Source of the DNA: a virus
Lineage: Duplodnaviria; Caudoviricetes
DNA: 53,136 nucleotides
Direction: 5' to 3' (one strand)
IMG/VR virus record: IMGVR_UViG_3300037585_000579
Span: 1 to 53,136 of that record
The notes under the pieces were generated by a model. It was not told where the DNA came from, did no database searches, and worked only from the letters and a program-made list of their open reading frames with translations. Position numbers and translations under genes: made by a program. This document shows positions 51,318-53,136 of the stretch, piece by piece (within the stretch, counting starts at the first letter, position 1; every line of letters starts with the position of its first letter).

Positions 51318-53003
51318 ATGGCACAGTTTAGATCAAACGAGAATCCTATGTTTCGCTCTAAGTTTAGCGAAGACATTTTTAAACACAAATATGCCCATCA
51401 TGGGTGCGAGACATGGGATGCATTGTCATCTACTCTGGTAGACGATGTGTGTCAGGACTACCTAAGTAAGGACGACAAGGACGAACTGAAACGTATGATC
51501 ACTGACCTGAAGTTTATTCCCGGTGGTCGTTATCTTTATTATGCAGGACGTGATAATAAGTTTTTTAACAACTGTTATTTGCTTAAAGCAGAAGAGGATA
51601 GTAGAGAAGATTGGGCTGATATCTCTTGGAAGTCTGAGTCCTGTCTTATGACAGGCGGTGGTATCGGAGTGGACTACTCTGTGTACCGTGAGGAAGGACG
51701 TATCCTTAACGGCACAGGTGGCCTTGCCTCTGGTCCTATACCAAAGATGCAGATGATCAATGAAATTGGCAGAAGGGTTATGCAGGGTGGTAGTCGCAGG
51801 TCTGCTATCTATGCCAGCCTAAACTGGAAACATGCTGATGTAGATAAGTTTCTTGCCAGTAAGAACTGGTATAATATGCCTGTAGGAGATACAGGTTTCT
51901 CTATTGGTCAGGTAAAGGAACAGGACTTTAACTTTATTGCACCTCTGGACATGACAAATATCAGCGTCAACTATGACACAGAATGGTTGCTTAATTATTG
52001 GAAGACAGGAGATACAGGAGATGTTTTCAAAACAAATGTTAGACAAGCACTATCAACAGCGGAACCGGGCTTCTCGTTTAACTTTTTTGACAAGGAAAAT
52101 GAGACGCTGCGTAATGCTTGCACGGAGGTTACATCTGAAGATGATTCTGATGTTTGTAATCTTGGTTCTATTAATATGGGGCGTATTGACGATCTGAAAG
52201 AGTTTGCAGATTGCGTAGAACTTGCTACTAAGTTTCTTCTATGCGGCACACTCAGAGCCAAGCTTCCTTATGATAAGGTATATAAAACCAGAGAGAAAAA
52301 TCGTAGGCTTGGGCTTGGTCTTATGGGTATGCATGAATGGCTTATCAAGGGAGGAGAGAAGTATGAAGTTACGGAAGGTCTTCACAAGTGGCTATCGGTT
52401 TATAAAGGGGTTAGTGATCACGTTAGTACCAGCTTTGCTAGTGTTCTTGGTTGTAGTGCTCCTGTCGCTAATCGTGCCATTGCTCCAACTGGATCAATAG
52501 GTATTCTTGCAGGAACATCCACAGGTGTAGAGCCTATCTTTGCTGTTGCTTACAAACGCAGGTATCTGAAGGGTGGTAATCGTTGGCACTATCAATACGT
52601 GGTGGACAGTGCAGCACAGGAAATTATTGACTTGTATGGCGTTGATCCAAAAGGCATTGAGTCAGCACTTGATCTTGCAGAAGAATACAAGAGGCGTATA
52701 AAGTTTCAAGCAGATGTACAGGACTATGTTGATATGTCTATCAGCAGTACAATCAATCTGCCCAAGTGGGGGAGTAAGCTTAACAATGAAGATACAGTTG
52801 AAGAGTTTACTGATACTCTTGCTTCTTATGCTCACAGGTTGCGAGGTTTCACGGTGTACCCTGATGGATGTAGGGGAGGACAGCCTCTATCTTCGGTGCC
52901 GTATTCTGAAGCTGTAGAAAAGCTTGGTGAGGAGTTTGAAGAAGGTCTGGAGACACATGACATTTGCGACATTACAGGACATGGTGGTTCGTGCGGTGTA
53001 TAA
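51318..53003 (+). CDS. nrdJ: Ribonucleotide reductase, probably class II (B12-dependent)
   Basis: NNCY, GGSRRSA, NACTE catalytic loop, CNLGS, IAPTGSI and a C-terminal Cys pair; no ATP cone; no small subunit in the window. Confidence 0.8.
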   Translation: MAQFRSNENPMFRSKFSEDIFKHKYAHHGCETWDALSSTLVDDVCQDYLSKDDKDELKRMITDLKFIPGGRYLYYAGRDNKFFNNCYLLKAEEDSREDWADISWKSESCLMTGGGIGVDYSVYREEGRILNGTGGLASGPIPKMQMINEIGRRVMQGGSRRSAIYASLNWKHADVDKFLASKNWYNMPVGDTGFSIGQVKEQDFNFIAPLDMTNISVNYDTEWLLNYWKTGDTGDVFKTNVRQALSTAEPGFSFNFFDKENETLRNACTEVTSEDDSDVCNLGSINMGRIDDLKEFADCVELATKFLLCGTLRAKLPYDKVYKTREKNRRLGLGLMGMHEWLIKGGEKYEVTEGLHKWLSVYKGVSDHVSTSFASVLGCSAPVANRAIAPTGSIGILAGTSTGVEPIFAVAYKRRYLKGGNRWHYQYVVDSAAQEIIDLYGVDPKGIESALDLAEEYKRRIKFQADVQDYVDMSISSTINLPKWGSKLNNEDTVEEFTDTLASYAHRLRGFTVYPDGCRGGQPLSSVPYSEAVEKLGEEFEEGLETHDICDITGHGGSCGV

Positions 53004-53009
53004 CTAACG

Positions 53010-53086
53010 GCACTTGTAGTTCAACTGGATAGAACAACAGACTTCTAATCTGTAGGTTGCAGGTTCGAGTCCTGCCAAGTGCGCCA
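53010..53086 (+). tRNA. trnR: tRNA-Arg(TCT)
   Basis: GCACTTG/CAAGTGC acceptor, GTTC/GAAC D-stem, ACAGA-CTTCTAA-TCTGT anticodon arm, GCAGG-TTCGAGT-CCTGC T-arm, encoded CCA. Confidence 0.97.
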
Positions 53087-53095
53087 AAAAAGTCC

Positions 53096-53124
53096 TTGAC
53101 AAATCATATAAGAGGTAGTATAAT
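53096..53124 (+). promoter_or_regulatory. Consensus sigma70 promoter
   Basis: TTGACA-N17-TATAAT. Confidence 0.85.
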
Positions 53125-53136
53125 ATATGTGTGATG

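Larger units (their letters stand above)
1..53136. other. Tailed dsDNA bacteriophage genome segment (podovirus-like, probable alphaproteobacterial host)
   Basis: TerL, portal, capsid and tail module on the minus strand; T7-like primase-helicase, Pol A and RNR on the plus strand; GcrA-like gene; dense overlapping ORFs; no host housekeeping context. Confidence 0.95.

Noticed and set aside
53010-53086. tRNA as prophage attachment site
   Set aside because: No integrase or repressor, and no duplicated tRNA 3' end in the window.
1-53136. Stop-codon reassignment
   Set aside because: Hallmark genes are full length in the standard code and all three stops terminate genes.

Overview
The window is most of a tailed dsDNA phage genome (podovirus-like, AT-rich). 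A GcrA-like regulator suggests an alphaproteobacterial host (inference). It has two arms diverging from a non-coding switch at about 36.3-36.8 kb. The minus arm (36.3 to 3.1 kb) carries TerL, an RTX-toxin-type acyltransferase, portal, GroES, scaffold, capsid, a cluster of small basic proteins, tail and fibres, internal virion proteins and lysis genes. The plus arm (36.8 to 53.1 kb, apparently continuing at 1-3.1 kb) carries early genes, SSB, a Cas4-like nuclease, a T7-like primase-helicase, Pol A, RNR, tRNA-Arg, methyltransferases, a holin and TerS. No phage RNA polymerase, integrase or CRISPR array is visible. The most striking unexplained items are: (1) two tandem tRNA/tmRNA-like non-coding RNAs at 38217-38522, with a covarying 6+6 bp acceptor/T domain and unrelated structured inserts; (2) eight related CCCCTC-loop-GAGGGG hairpins punctuating the early arm; (3) a HlyC-family acyltransferase overlapping a Gly-rich GKG-containing candidate substrate between terminase and portal; (4) an unannotated 41-aa peptide with 10 Cys; (5) a conserved late-arm extended -10 motif that predicts leaderless mRNAs. 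All family assignments come from recognising motifs by eye; no searches were run.
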